From Minisyncoccota bacterium (lineage in GTDB: Bacteria; Patescibacteriota; Minisyncoccia; Phycocordibacterales; UBA2100), in contig JALHPE010000001.1 of assembly GCA_022842645.1 (NCBI GenBank), positions 71,711 to 135,710 of the forward strand: DNA of 64,000 bases, read 5' to 3'. Within the stretch, counting starts at the first letter, position 1. The number at the start of each line of letters is the position of its first letter. Of the stretch, positions 27,229 through 37,172 are shown in pieces. A program made the translations under genes and the position numbers. The notes under the pieces are model-generated. The model made no database searches. It saw only the letters and a list, made by a program, of their open reading frames with translations, and had not been told where the DNA came from.

Positions 27229-28626
27229 TCATTTCGTGAGCCCATACGCCCTGAGAGCGCGATCGCGCGCTTCGGCGTGAATGACGATGCGTTCCGGGTA
27301 TCCCGCAGGAAGTCCTTCCGGAGATTCCCAGGGTTCGTGGATGTATTTTGTAGGCACACTGTGGAGCTCCGGTATCCATTTTTTGACATATGCACCATCG
27401 GAGTCAAATTTCTTTCCTTGGAGTGTCGGGTTAAAGATGCGGAAATAAGGCGCCGCATCCGCGCCGCATCCCGCGACCCACTGCCAACTCGCGGAATTAT
27501 TGCCAATATCCGCGTCTACAAGTGCGTCCCAAAACCATTTCTCACCCTCAGTCCAGTTGATAAGAAGGTCTTTGATAAGAAATGAGGCGGTGATCATGCG
27601 CACGCGGTTGTGCATGTAGCCTGTCGCCCAAAGCTCGCGCATCCCAGCATCCACTATCGGATATCCGGTCATCCCCTTTTGCCAAGCACGAAGGTTTTTT
27701 GGATCATGCGCCCAGGTGAATTTTGTAAATTGCTTTTGGAGCGGCACACGCGGCATGTCGGGGTGTTCATTGAGAAGGTGATAGGAAAATTCGCGCCAGA
27801 GTATTTCTTTCAGGAACGTGGTGCCGCCCTCGTGCGCGCCCGCGGAGCGGGCGCGCGCTTCCCCCTCCTTCCACACCGTGCGCACACTCACTTCACCGCA
27901 ATGAAGATGCGGCGAGAGTCGGGAGGTTGCCCCCAGACTCGGCACGTCGCGTCCGGTTTTGTATTCATGCACACGCGTATCGAGAAAGTGGGCGAGTCGT
28001 TTATGTGCACCCACTTCGCCCGGCTCCCAGAGATCCCAAAATCCGACATCCCACTTCGGCTTCGTGGGAATCAACTGCCACTCGCTCAATGTTTCTGAAG
28101 ATGGAAATGAGTGGGGTGCAGGAATCCCTTGAGGTTTTGGAAGTGGCTCTTCAATATCCTTCGCCGCGTCAAAACATGCGCGCGAAAACGGCGTGTACAC
28201 ATGAAAGGTCTTCCCTGCCCCCGTGCGAATACGCTCGGGTTCAAAGAGAAGCTGCCCGGGATGCTCAATGAGCGCAACGTCGGGAAGCATTTCCCGAATA
28301 CGCTCACTCCTTGCGTGCGCCCACGGCGCATACTCCTTCTGCGCATGAATCTCGATCGCGCCCGTTTCGTCGGCAAGCGCGCGCAGCACCTCCTCCGCCT
28401 TCCCGCGCCGGAGAATAAGCTGCGAGCCGTTTGCCTTGAGCGCCGCATCGAGGGAAAGAAGCGAATGGTGGAGCCACGCACGTGAGGCGCTTCCCATTTT
28501 CCACTCCGCCGGCGTTTCGTCGTCCAGAATATAGAGCGGAATCACGGCGCCGCCTTTGCAGGCGGCGCGGAGTGCCTCGTTATCCGCGAGGCGGAGATTG
28601 TGTTCGAGCCAGAGAATTGAAGTCAT
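27229..28626 (-). CDS. phrB: Deoxyribodipyrimidine photolyase / cryptochrome-family protein
   Basis: N-terminal ILWLEHNLRLADNEALRAA and a C-terminal FAD-binding region (TGYPIVDAGMRELWATGYMHNRVRM). The start is an ATG at 28626 or 28659. Confidence 0.85.
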   Translation of the reverse strand: MTSILWLEHNLRLADNEALRAACKGGAVIPLYILDDETPAEWKMGSASRAWLHHSLLSLDAALKANGSQLILRRGKAEEVLRALADETGAIEIHAQKEYAPWAHARSERIREMLPDVALIEHPGQLLFEPERIRTGAGKTFHVYTPFSRACFDAAKDIEEPLPKPQGIPAPHSFPSSETLSEWQLIPTKPKWDVGFWDLWEPGEVGAHKRLAHFLDTRVHEYKTGRDVPSLGATSRLSPHLHCGEVSVRTVWKEGEARARSAGAHEGGTTFLKEILWREFSYHLLNEHPDMPRVPLQKQFTKFTWAHDPKNLRAWQKGMTGYPIVDAGMRELWATGYMHNRVRMITASFLIKDLLINWTEGEKWFWDALVDADIGNNSASWQWVAGCGADAAPYFRIFNPTLQGKKFDSDGAYVKKWIPELHSVPTKYIHEPWESPEGLPAGYPERIVIHAEARDRALRAYGLTK

Positions 28627-28685
28627 CCCGCACAGTGTACGTGCGATGAGCGTCTTCATGCAACTTTATATGCTACAGTGCCGCG

Positions 28686-29213
28686 ATGCTTGCGCGCTAC
28701 AAATTCTCTCTCCTCTACCTTCTCGCGGTATTGGTCGTGATGGTGGGCTTCAATAATTATCCCCTACTCATCCCGATACCATTTAGTGAGGAAACGTTCT
28801 CGTTCTGGGCAATTGTCGTTGGCGCGTGGTTTATCTTGCGCGATTTCGCACAGCGAGAGATCGGGCACAAAGTGCTTTTTCTCATGTCACTCGTCGTGCT
28901 TCTCGGTCTCTATTTCGCTTCGCCGGGATATGTTATCGCAAGCGTCGGAGCCATGTTTTTGAGCGAGATTCTCGACTATCTCATTTTTACACTCCAGCGC
29001 GGCTCGTTTGCGCAGAGGGTCATACGCAGTAGCGTCGCTGCATCGTTCGTTGATACCCTCGCGTTTTTTTACCTTGCCGACATCTTTTTGCCAGAGAAAG
29101 GTTTTTTACTCTTCACGCCAGCAACCATCATTGCGGAGACGATCGCGAAGATTACCGCTATTGCCATTTGGTACTACTGGCTCGGCGGTAAGGAGAGAGC
29201 CGGCGGGCGCTAA
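28686..29213 (+). CDS. YhhQ/VUT-family putative queuosine-precursor transporter
   Basis: The conserved motif SFVDTLAFFYLA matches the YhhQ SDTLAFF core. The N-terminal YK...NY...FSF pattern also resembles YhhQ. Confidence 0.55.
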   Translation: MLARYKFSLLYLLAVLVVMVGFNNYPLLIPIPFSEETFSFWAIVVGAWFILRDFAQREIGHKVLFLMSLVVLLGLYFASPGYVIASVGAMFLSEILDYLIFTLQRGSFAQRVIRSSVAASFVDTLAFFYLADIFLPEKGFLLFTPATIIAETIAKITAIAIWYYWLGGKERAGGR

Positions 29214-29223
29214 CGTGCGCTAC

Positions 29224-30552
29224 TTAAATCTTCCACTGCACGTGCACCTTCTTTGGCGGACGGCGGCGCTGGGCGTGAATCGGGCGCTTGCGGAAACCAG
29301 TGCGTGGGGAGCGAGAATCGCGGGAATCATGAGGGCGTGCGGTGTGCCCAAAGCTTCTGCCGCGACCATATGAAGGACGCGGAGCATCCGAGTGCATAGC
29401 GGCGCGTGGCCCCGGAAGGTCTTGTGGAAGTGGAGAAACGGGCACTGTTTTGCGGATCAGCTTCTCGATGTCGCGCACACCGCCGCGCTCTTGTGGCATG
29501 GCAAATGAAATTGCGTGGCCTTCGGCGCCTGCGCGTGCAGTGCGTCCGATGCGGTGCACATAGTCCGCACTGTCGCTCGGAAGATCGAAGTTCACGACAA
29601 GCTCGATACCTTTCACGTCAATGCCGCGTGAAGCGATGTCGGTTGCGACAAGTACGCGATACGTTCCCTTCTTAAAGCCTTCGAGTGCCGCTTTTCGCTG
29701 AGAGAGTGAGCGATCGCCGTGCAGTTCTGCCACCTGGTGGCCGATGTCTTTAAGGTGCTTCACAATCTTTGATGCACCGTGCTTGGTGCGCGCAAAAACG
29801 AGTGTGGAACCTTTGTACTTTTGGAGCGTTGCCTCAAGAAGTGGCATTTTTTGTTCGCGATGCACGATGAAGAATTCCTGAGAAACTTTTTCTGCTGTCG
29901 TTCCCTGCGGCGCAACTTCAATAGAAACCGGTGTCTTCATGTGCTTCGTCGCAATTTCTGCGATATCGCGCGAGAGTGTTGCAGAGAAGAGCATCGTCTG
30001 GCGCTCATGCGGCACGGTTTCAAGAATGCGCTTAATCTGCGGCTGGAAGCCCATGTCGAGCATGCGATCAGCTTCGTCGAGGACGAGGATCTGCACTTTG
30101 CCGAGGCGAAGTGTGTCTTGCTGGAGGTGATCGATCAGGCGGCCAGGAGTTGCGATCACGATGTCGGGATTGCGACGAACCGCAGCGACTTGCTGGCGCA
30201 TGTTGGCGCCGCCGATAAGCACGGCGGTGCGCATGCCGAGCGCAAAGCCCACTTTTGCAATCGTCTCATCTACTTGAAGTGCGAGCTCGCGCGTGGGAAC
30301 GAGGATGAGTCCTTTCCCCTCTCCGCGATGCAAACGCTCAAGCATCGGAATGCCGAAGGCGAGCGTCTTTCCTGTGCCTGTCTGCGCAATGCCGATCACG
30401 TCGTCGCCTTTTTGCGCGAGCGGAATCGCCTTGTGCTGAATAGGCGTTGGCTCGGTGATGCCGAGCTTTGCTAAAACTGCGAGAATCTCAGGCTTAACGC
30501 CGAGCGTCTCAAATGTCTGTTGTTCTGAATTCACAAATAATCTGCCCAGCAC
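29224..30552 (-). CDS. DEAD-box ATP-dependent RNA helicase
   Basis: Q-motif, AQTGTGKT, DEAD (VLDEADRMLDMGF), SAT and HRIGRTAR motifs, plus a basic C-terminal tail. The start is uncertain (GTG at 30552 or at 30534). Confidence 0.85.
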   Translation of the reverse strand: MLGRLFVNSEQQTFETLGVKPEILAVLAKLGITEPTPIQHKAIPLAQKGDDVIGIAQTGTGKTLAFGIPMLERLHRGEGKGLILVPTRELALQVDETIAKVGFALGMRTAVLIGGANMRQQVAAVRRNPDIVIATPGRLIDHLQQDTLRLGKVQILVLDEADRMLDMGFQPQIKRILETVPHERQTMLFSATLSRDIAEIATKHMKTPVSIEVAPQGTTAEKVSQEFFIVHREQKMPLLEATLQKYKGSTLVFARTKHGASKIVKHLKDIGHQVAELHGDRSLSQRKAALEGFKKGTYRVLVATDIASRGIDVKGIELVVNFDLPSDSADYVHRIGRTARAGAEGHAISFAMPQERGGVRDIEKLIRKTVPVSPLPQDLPGPRAAMHSDAPRPSYGRGRSFGHTARPHDSRDSRSPRTGFRKRPIHAQRRRPPKKVHVQWKI

Positions 30553-30760
30553 TTAGGTAGGTAATTCCGCGATCATGCACCAACAAAACTTCGGTGCATC
30601 TCTCGACGGGTATGAATGCGTGCTGGGAAGCCGCTTCTAGCAAATACGAGAGCGATTTGGTAGTTGCAGGCATCATACCTCATTTTGCTTTGACTTGCAA
30701 GGGTTTGTGGTTTAGAGTCCTGGTAGACAACTCTTTTCAACCGACATAGGAGAGAAAGCC

Positions 30761-31168
30761 GTGCGTCGATTTTTGTCGGACACTTTCGCGATGATCACCT
30801 TTTCGACAGTGGTCGGAATGGCGATAGAAATACTTATCTCGGGAATGACGTTTGGTCAATCAGTTCAGGCTCGCATCACTGCGATTCCTATAAATCTGTT
30901 TACAGCACGACCATACGGAATGTTTCGAGATTGGATGTTCCACAAAACAGGAGCTGAAACGGGATCGGCATTACAAAAAGGAATCGCCGACATTCTGACA
31001 TTTGTCCTTTTTCAGGTTCCAATATATGCCACGGTGCTGTGGTCAACTGGTGCAACTTTGCATCAAATCATGGTCTCATGTGGCACTGTTGCCGTCCTAT
31101 CAGCCTTCACGGGAAGGCCGTACGGACTCTTTCTAGAATTTTCTAGAGAGCTGTTCGATGCAAAGTAA
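30761..31168 (+). CDS. alaE: L-alanine exporter AlaE homolog
   Basis: Alignable by eye to E. coli AlaE (DTFAM...GM.F.QS...AIP.N...PYGM.RD...ADIL..V.FQ.P.Y...HQIM). GTG start with an AGGAGAG Shine-Dalgarno. Confidence 0.7.
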   Translation: MRRFLSDTFAMITFSTVVGMAIEILISGMTFGQSVQARITAIPINLFTARPYGMFRDWMFHKTGAETGSALQKGIADILTFVLFQVPIYATVLWSTGATLHQIMVSCGTVAVLSAFTGRPYGLFLEFSRELFDAK

Positions 31169-31208
31169 AAAGAGCCGCTTCCTTCGGGCAAGCGGCTCTT
31201 TCGTTTTC

Positions 31209-32999
31209 TTAATTCCCCTCCCTGCGTGCTTTTGCGGCGGCGCTTTCGGTGAGGTGAATCTTTCGGAGGCGGACGTTTTGTGGCGTCACTTCCAAATATT
31301 CATCCTTCTGCATGAGCTCGAGACCGCGTTCGATGGTGAGTTCGTAGGCTGGGACAAGATTAATCGCTTCGTCGGAAGACGATGCGCGGACGTTCGTGAG
31401 GTTCTTCCCCTTTGTCGGGTTCACATACATTTCTTCACCTTTTGAGGTGTCGCCGATTACCTGCCCCTCATACACTTCTGTTGCGGGCGTGATGTAGATA
31501 CGGCCACGATCCTGCAAGTTCCAGAGCGAGAAGCCGAGGGACTTTCCGGTTGCCATGGAAACCATCGAGCCTTGTGCGCGACGTTTGATCTCGCCTGCAA
31601 ATGGCTTGAAGCCAATGACGCGTGCCGCGATGATGCCTTCGCCTTTGGTGTCGATCACAAACTGGTTGCGGTAGCCGAGGAGTCCACGCGTCGGGCCTTC
31701 GAAAACAAGGCGTACTGTCGCTTCATGCACGAGCATGTTGGTCATCTGGAATCCGCGCGTACCAAGCTTTTCAATAACGGCACCTTGATACTCGCTCGGA
31801 ATATCGACGACGACTTCCTCAAACGGCTCTTTTTTCACACCATCTTCCTCGCGCACGATAACCTGCGGCTGGGAAACCTGCATTTCAAAACCTTCGCGAC
31901 GCATGTTTTCAAGAAGAATAGCAACGTGGAGCTCACCACGGCCGGAGACTTGGAAGTTGTCTGGTGATTGAAAATCAACTTTGAGGCCGACGTTGATCTC
32001 GAGCTCTTTCTCAAGGCGCTCACGAAGCTGGCGCGAGGTGACGTACTTCCCTTCGCGGCCGCCAAACGGTGAATTATTCACGAGGAAACTGAGTGTGATC
32101 GTTGGTTCATCGACGGCGATTGCAGGAAGTGCCTCCACATCAGCTGTGGTAGAAACTGTCTCGCCGATTTCGATATCAGGAATGCCGGCAATGATGCAGA
32201 TATCCCCTGGGCCGACTTCAGTTGCTTCGACGCGCTTCAGCCCCGAAAAGGTGAACATCTTGGTTATTTTTCCGCTCCGAGTTTCGCCTGTTGGCTTTTT
32301 TACAAAAACACTTGCGTTGGTCTTGAGCGTTCCTTCGTAGACACGGCACACTGCGAGGCGCCCCAAGAAGTTGTCGTACGCGAGGTTGAAGGGCTGTGCG
32401 CGAAGCGCGACTGAGGCATCGGCATTCGATGCAACAGGCACTTTCTCAAGAATCATGTCGAGAAGTGGAGTTAAATCTTTCCGCTCGTCGTCGAGCTTCT
32501 TCATCGCAACGCCCTCGCGGCCGATTGAATAGATGACGGGAAATTCTGCCTGTTCGTCGGAAGCACCAAGTTCCAAAAAGAGTTCCAAGACCTGATCTTC
32601 CGCACGCGCCGGATCCGCCGCCGGCTTATCTATCTTATTGATGACGACAATCGGCTTGAGGCCTAGCTCGAGCGATTTCTTAAGCACGAAACGCGTCTGC
32701 GGCATTGGGCCTTCTTGTGCGTCGACGACAAGAAGCACGCTATCAATAGAGCGAAGCACGCGCTCCACCTCCGAGCCGAAATCGGCGTGTCCTGGGGTGT
32801 CCACGATATTGATCTTCGTGCCCTTATATTCCACCGCCGCGTTCTTGGCATAGATAGTAATCCCGCGCTCCTGCTCAAGCTTGTTGGAATCCATCGAGAC
32901 CCCCTCCTCCGCAGCACCCGTCTGGCGCAGAAGTGCGTCAGTAAGCGTGGTTTTTCCATGATCCACGTGGGCTATGATTGCAATATTTCGTATTTCCAT
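31209..32999 (-). CDS. typA: Translational GTPase TypA/BipA
   Basis: [18 protein letters not shown]1 motif, the EF-G-like domain order, and a 596-aa length. Confidence 0.9.
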   Translation of the reverse strand: MEIRNIAIIAHVDHGKTTLTDALLRQTGAAEEGVSMDSNKLEQERGITIYAKNAAVEYKGTKINIVDTPGHADFGSEVERVLRSIDSVLLVVDAQEGPMPQTRFVLKKSLELGLKPIVVINKIDKPAADPARAEDQVLELFLELGASDEQAEFPVIYSIGREGVAMKKLDDERKDLTPLLDMILEKVPVASNADASVALRAQPFNLAYDNFLGRLAVCRVYEGTLKTNASVFVKKPTGETRSGKITKMFTFSGLKRVEATEVGPGDICIIAGIPDIEIGETVSTTADVEALPAIAVDEPTITLSFLVNNSPFGGREGKYVTSRQLRERLEKELEINVGLKVDFQSPDNFQVSGRGELHVAILLENMRREGFEMQVSQPQVIVREEDGVKKEPFEEVVVDIPSEYQGAVIEKLGTRGFQMTNMLVHEATVRLVFEGPTRGLLGYRNQFVIDTKGEGIIAARVIGFKPFAGEIKRRAQGSMVSMATGKSLGFSLWNLQDRGRIYITPATEVYEGQVIGDTSKGEEMYVNPTKGKNLTNVRASSSDEAINLVPAYELTIERGLELMQKDEYLEVTPQNVRLRKIHLTESAAAKARREGN

Positions 33000-33064
33000 A
33001 AAATAAAGGCCTCGCGGCCTAAGTTGGACAATAGTAACCCAAATGCGTCAAAAATCAAACCTTG

Positions 33065-33697
33065 TTACTTCTTTCTCGCAATAAAATCAAAAATGTGCCA
33101 ATACTTCTCTCCCCCTCCTGCCAGACGATCTCGTCCCTTCACTTCATTAAAAATTATAATCTCGCATTCTTTCAGCAAATCCTGCGCGTGCTCCCGCGTA
33201 AGAAACGTCATAGTGCCTGAACCGTCATTCCATTCATCACTCATGCCGAAAAACTGACCTGTTATGATGCCGTCTTTCTTGAGAGAGCCTATGATTTTTG
33301 TGAATGTGGAGTCGAATGTTTCAGGTCGATTAAACGGAAGTGAGTACTGAGCATTCACGAGATCGTATGTATCTGGCTCAAAATCGAAATCTTCAAAATT
33401 ACTCACGCGATATGTAAATCTATCTTGCGGGAACGAAGTTGCCCGCTCGCGTACCACTGGATCGCTCTCCAAAGAATCTTTATTGACCGCAGTTACTGAG
33501 GCAAATCCCTGCTCGAGCAAGAACTTAGATTCGTTGAGTGCGCCAGGTCCGAGATCAAGAGCTGCACCTCTTTCTTCGACGTATTTCAACGCCTCAACCA
33601 AAAGTTCCCGTGGCGGTCGTTCTTTTGTCCGCTCGGAGTATCGTTTCCAAAGATTCTCCATCGCCCAAGCATACCCCTCACCCAGCACATAATCCAC
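33065..33697 (-). CDS. Class I SAM-dependent methyltransferase (TehB-like)
   Basis: Motif I-like ALDLGPGALNES. The start is GTG at 33697 or ATG at 33661. Confidence 0.55.
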   Translation of the reverse strand: MDYVLGEGYAWAMENLWKRYSERTKERPPRELLVEALKYVEERGAALDLGPGALNESKFLLEQGFASVTAVNKDSLESDPVVRERATSFPQDRFTYRVSNFEDFDFEPDTYDLVNAQYSLPFNRPETFDSTFTKIIGSLKKDGIITGQFFGMSDEWNDGSGTMTFLTREHAQDLLKECEIIIFNEVKGRDRLAGGGEKYWHIFDFIARKK

Positions 33698-33707
33698 CCC
33701 AAACCCC

Positions 33708-33739
33708 GAACGGCTAAAATAGCGCTATTTTAGCCGTTC
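33708..33739. promoter_or_regulatory. 32-nt perfect palindrome gaacggctaaaatagc|gctattttagccgttc, upstream of the methyltransferase gene
   Basis: Exact reverse-complement symmetry verified base by base. No flanking T-run, so it looks like an operator rather than a terminator. Confidence 0.5.
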
Positions 33740-33852
33740 TCCCAAGCCCCCCTCAGGTCAAACGGCGTTGTTTGACCCGACCCTTACCAAGAACCGATCT
33801 TGGGGAAATGGAAAAAGAATCGACCCCCGGCACATAACCGGAGGTCGAAGAT

Positions 33853-34047
33853 TTAAGGCTTGTCCCAGATATATGCGGCAATTCCCGATAGCACGGCAAC
33901 AACCGCAATGAGTCCGCCCACACCTTCAGCCACTGCCTCACCCGAGTAAATCAAGAGCATACTCAGGGGCAGAACAAGTGCGAGGGCCGCACATGCGAGC
34001 GCCCAAAGACCATATTTAAGTATTGGATCTTGTGTCTGGTTTTGCAT
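33853..34047 (-). CDS. Small membrane protein (2 transmembrane helices)
   Basis: 64-aa hydrophobic ORF. Confidence 0.3.
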   Translation of the reverse strand: MQNQTQDPILKYGLWALACAALALVLPLSMLLIYSGEAVAEGVGGLIAVVAVLSGIAAYIWDKP

Positions 34048-34104
34048 GTTGCACCTACCTTTCTTTGTGCAGGACTTTCTCGATGGTACACGAACACGAC
34101 TTCA

Positions 34105-34632
34105 TCACCAAGCACCAGCACCTCGGAGATACGAACCTGCAATAATTGACACAAGGAATATAAACCCCCAAATGCCAATCATGCAGGTGCTTAGCGTTTG
34201 TATACCCTGTCTGAAGCGTAAGCCACGTACAAGTGGTTCGGTACTTTGTTTTGCGAGGTAATTGTCATCCGCAAATACAAAGACACCGCTTTCAGTGCCA
34301 TACGCCCGCTCTATACTCTCGATGCGTTCAGTGAAGTAATCGATCCACTGATTCGCACGGGAGACAAGTCCCTTGAAAAGTAGATTGGCACCAAACATTA
34401 CAAGCGCAATGAAGGCGATTCCAAAAAGAGTGTTTGCTTTCCCATATTCAAACACCTGGAAGCACCACCCTCCAATCGCGCCGTTCAGAGCCATAAACAC
34501 AATCGCCTTCTGCCAACGCAGGTTTGCCGATTGTGCTCGTGTCGTGCAGAGTCCGATGTACATTGCTCCCGAAGGAACCGGACTACCCTTAGGCGAATCC
34601 GTCTTTTCTGGAACGTTACTTTCTTTAGTCAT
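34105..34632 (-). CDS. Hypothetical membrane protein
   Basis: 175 aa with 3-4 helices. Confidence 0.45.
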   Translation of the reverse strand: MTKESNVPEKTDSPKGSPVPSGAMYIGLCTTRAQSANLRWQKAIVFMALNGAIGGWCFQVFEYGKANTLFGIAFIALVMFGANLLFKGLVSRANQWIDYFTERIESIERAYGTESGVFVFADDNYLAKQSTEPLVRGLRFRQGIQTLSTCMIGIWGFIFLVSIIAGSYLRGAGAW

Positions 34633-34757
34633 CGCAGGAATTCCTTTCCCTTATTGAGACTAAGGCCACCCTATCACTTCGTGAACAGGAGAACAATTAC
34701 CAAAGATCGACCCCAGAAAAGCAAAACCCGGAGCACTTAGCCCCGGGTTTCATTGAT

Positions 34758-35312
34758 TTAAGACAGGTCTGGTACTCTGAATTCGTAAATCCAGTCGTGA
34801 GCCAGATAGTTAATGGCGCACCCCATGCGAGTGAGGTATTCATGCTCCGACGACGCGCCTGTCGATCGCTCCCAGCCCGGCAAAAACCACGCGCGAGCAA
34901 AGAGGCGCGACTCGAAGAGTGGTTGGTAGAATTCTGTGAGAATCGGGTGACAATAGCCGTTGCCGTTCACACCCTTCCACTCTGATTCCAAACGAGCTAG
35001 TTGAAACTCATACGGAATCTGATTGAACATCGGTCGCCCTTCTATGAGCAAGAGCTCGATTGCATGATTAAAGAGCAGCGTGTTGTAACCCGGGTGGCCG
35101 AATCCGCCGGTCGTGATGGGGCCGCACACGATTTCAGCCTTACCCTGCATGCCTCGAATTTGATCTTTCGCATGCAGAACTAAATCTTCGTACGTCATGT
35201 CTTTCCCGGCGAGGCCATGTTTCTCAGCCATCCGCCGCACGAAAATGGGTATTACTTTCGTATCCATGATGTTCTCCTTATCAACCACGGACAAGCATAC
35301 CCCTCCCCGCAC
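34758..35312 (-). CDS. Hypothetical protein
   Basis: 184-aa ORF. A Gly-rich CGPITTGGFG loop hints at a nucleotide-binding fold. Confidence 0.45.
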   Translation of the reverse strand: MRGGVCLSVVDKENIMDTKVIPIFVRRMAEKHGLAGKDMTYEDLVLHAKDQIRGMQGKAEIVCGPITTGGFGHPGYNTLLFNHAIELLLIEGRPMFNQIPYEFQLARLESEWKGVNGNGYCHPILTEFYQPLFESRLFARAWFLPGWERSTGASSEHEYLTRMGCAINYLAHDWIYEFRVPDLS

Positions 35313-35378
35313 ACATAATCCACTACGGCCTCTGCCATGTGAGCAAGGGTTCCCCTTACTGATTTCACCCAGCCGGCA

Positions 35379-36005
35379 CTACACAAGATAAATCGCAACT
35401 AAGGCGAGAGCCGCCATGCCGAAGTCCTCGATAAGCGTCACATAGGTGAGCGGAACTTTGAGGAATGTACCGAGGCACGCACACTGGAATTCTTCCCCTG
35501 TGGCGATTTTCAATGCGACGCCAACACCACTGAACGTCATGACAACAAACTCAGCCCAGAGAATCCCTACGCTATGGAATCCCGCAAGCATCACGAGCCC
35601 GAACGTAAGTTCAATAAAGGGATAGACGTACCCATACCCAAACCACCGCTGCGCCAGGAGATCGTACGTCGAGTATCCTTCTGCAAAACCCTTTAGATCC
35701 ATCAGCTTGAATCCGGCGAATATAAGAAAGAAGCCGGTCATGAAATAGAAGATGGTGTTCTCGATGAGAAACGTTCCGTGAGAAGCGTCGCGCCATGAGA
35801 GTGTCAGTGTGGCGATAAGAATAAGACCCACAACTACAATGAGCGGTGTGTAGTTGCGCCAGGTGATAGCACCAAGTCCGCGATCGGGCATGTGCGGTCG
35901 CGGCTTCGCCGCGACCGCCCCCTCCGCAACAAGCGCCATGCCGCACTTTGGACATCTCCCCAGCTCTTCTTGGCGTACTTCCGGATGCATCGGACACACG
36001 TACAT
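35379..36005 (-). CDS. Heavy-metal-binding domain (HMBD) fused to a MauE/DoxX-like membrane domain
   Basis: N-terminal YVCPMHPEV...GRCPKCGM, the metal-binding module found at CopA N-termini. It is followed by 4 helices and a CxC (FQCACLG). Confidence 0.65.
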   Translation of the reverse strand: MYVCPMHPEVRQEELGRCPKCGMALVAEGAVAAKPRPHMPDRGLGAITWRNYTPLIVVVGLILIATLTLSWRDASHGTFLIENTIFYFMTGFFLIFAGFKLMDLKGFAEGYSTYDLLAQRWFGYGYVYPFIELTFGLVMLAGFHSVGILWAEFVVMTFSGVGVALKIATGEEFQCACLGTFLKVPLTYVTLIEDFGMAALALVAIYLV

Positions 36006-36071
36006 GAAAAAAGTCTACCACGTACAAACGGCGGCTAGCGCCGCCGTTTGTCGCCCCTTTGTGCGCCCTCT

Positions 36072-36728
36072 CTAGTACCACGCTACGAGCCAGCTACGCA
36101 TCATCTCGATCTCGCGAGATTGCGAGGTAATGATGTTGTCGGCGAGCGTTTTCATCTCGTCGCGCTCCGTGGAAGCCGCGAGCATCGAGGCCATCATGAC
36201 CGCCATCTCGTGATGCGGAATCATTTGCTGGATGAAGACGCGATCGAATTCCGCGTCGGACGTCGCCTTGAGGTCGTCGAGGTCGCCTGTCATGCCGCCC
36301 ATATGCATCATGCCGCCTCCGCGACCACCCATCCCCATTCCCCCTTCGGGCGGCGCAGAACCGAACCACTCCTTATACCAGCTGGTCATGTCGTTGATCT
36401 CACGCGTCTGTGCTTCGATGATGTCGTTTGCAAGCGATAGCATCTCCGGACGCTTCGAACGCTCGAGTGCCATTTTCGCCATCTCGATTGCACCTTCATG
36501 ATGCGGAATCATCTGCACGATGAAATGCTGGTCAATGCTTTGACCCATCATGGTGCCGTCCGCCATCATGTGCCCGCGCTCTGCGCTACGCGGCTTCGAG
36601 CCATATGTGCTCTCTTCATTGGATTTGAGCGCATACCCGCCACCGAGACCAACGAGGAGCATAACGAGACCGACGATAAGTGTTTTCTGTTCCATAGTGA
36701 TGTACGTTACGTTGAATAAAAGAAACAT
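36072..36728 (-). CDS. Tandem DUF305-domain protein with a Gly/Met-rich linker
   Basis: Two copies of the IPHHEGAIEMA / IPHHEMAVMMA motif separated by GGMGMGGRGGGMMHMGGM. Confidence 0.75.
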   Translation of the reverse strand: MFLLFNVTYITMEQKTLIVGLVMLLVGLGGGYALKSNEESTYGSKPRSAERGHMMADGTMMGQSIDQHFIVQMIPHHEGAIEMAKMALERSKRPEMLSLANDIIEAQTREINDMTSWYKEWFGSAPPEGGMGMGGRGGGMMHMGGMTGDLDDLKATSDAEFDRVFIQQMIPHHEMAVMMASMLAASTERDEMKTLADNIITSQSREIEMMRSWLVAWY

Positions 36729-36734
36729 CAGTAC

Positions 36735-37115
36735 CTACGGATCTTTTCTATTATGAATACCGCGCGCGAATAACTCTTGAAAGAGCGTGGGGCGAAGTCG
36801 AAACACTGTATAGAGCCGGTACCGCACCTGCTCGTGCGCAAAAAGCGGAAGCGGTGCGCGAACAACAAAGAATACAAAACCAAGAAGGAGGATGACGCTG
36901 CTGAACGTCGACGCGAGCATCGTGTTCCAGAATGACGCATGTTCAACGACGGTGCTCGTGCACATCGTTTCGAAAACCATAAGGGGGCAGCCATGGTGAT
37001 GCGCAGGATGCAGCATGAGGAAATACAAACCGAGAAGGGCGACCATGAGAATCACAAACACCATCCCGAGCGCAACGATTCTTTGAGCCATAGAGCCAGC
37101 ATACTCCTCGCACAT
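36735..37115 (-). CDS. Small membrane protein with a His/Cys-rich segment (HPAHHHGCPLM)
   Basis: ORF with 2-3 helices. Its cluster context suggests metal binding. Confidence 0.4.
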   Translation of the reverse strand: MCEEYAGSMAQRIVALGMVFVILMVALLGLYFLMLHPAHHHGCPLMVFETMCTSTVVEHASFWNTMLASTFSSVILLLGFVFFVVRAPLPLFAHEQVRYRLYTVFRLRPTLFQELFARGIHNRKDP

Positions 37116-37172
37116 CCACGCGCAAGAAAAGCTCCACTGGCCACAATGGCGCCGATTTGGCCAGTCGGCTTT

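Noticed and set aside
27610-28504. Plus- and minus-strand ORFs inside the photolyase gene region
   Set aside because: Antisense or out-of-frame shadows of the 466-aa photolyase gene. Arg-rich translations are typical of GC-rich non-coding frames.
31572-32959. ORFs overlapping typA (31572-31967, 31981-32340, 32715-33257 and others)
   Set aside because: Shadows of the typA coding strand, with no independent signals.
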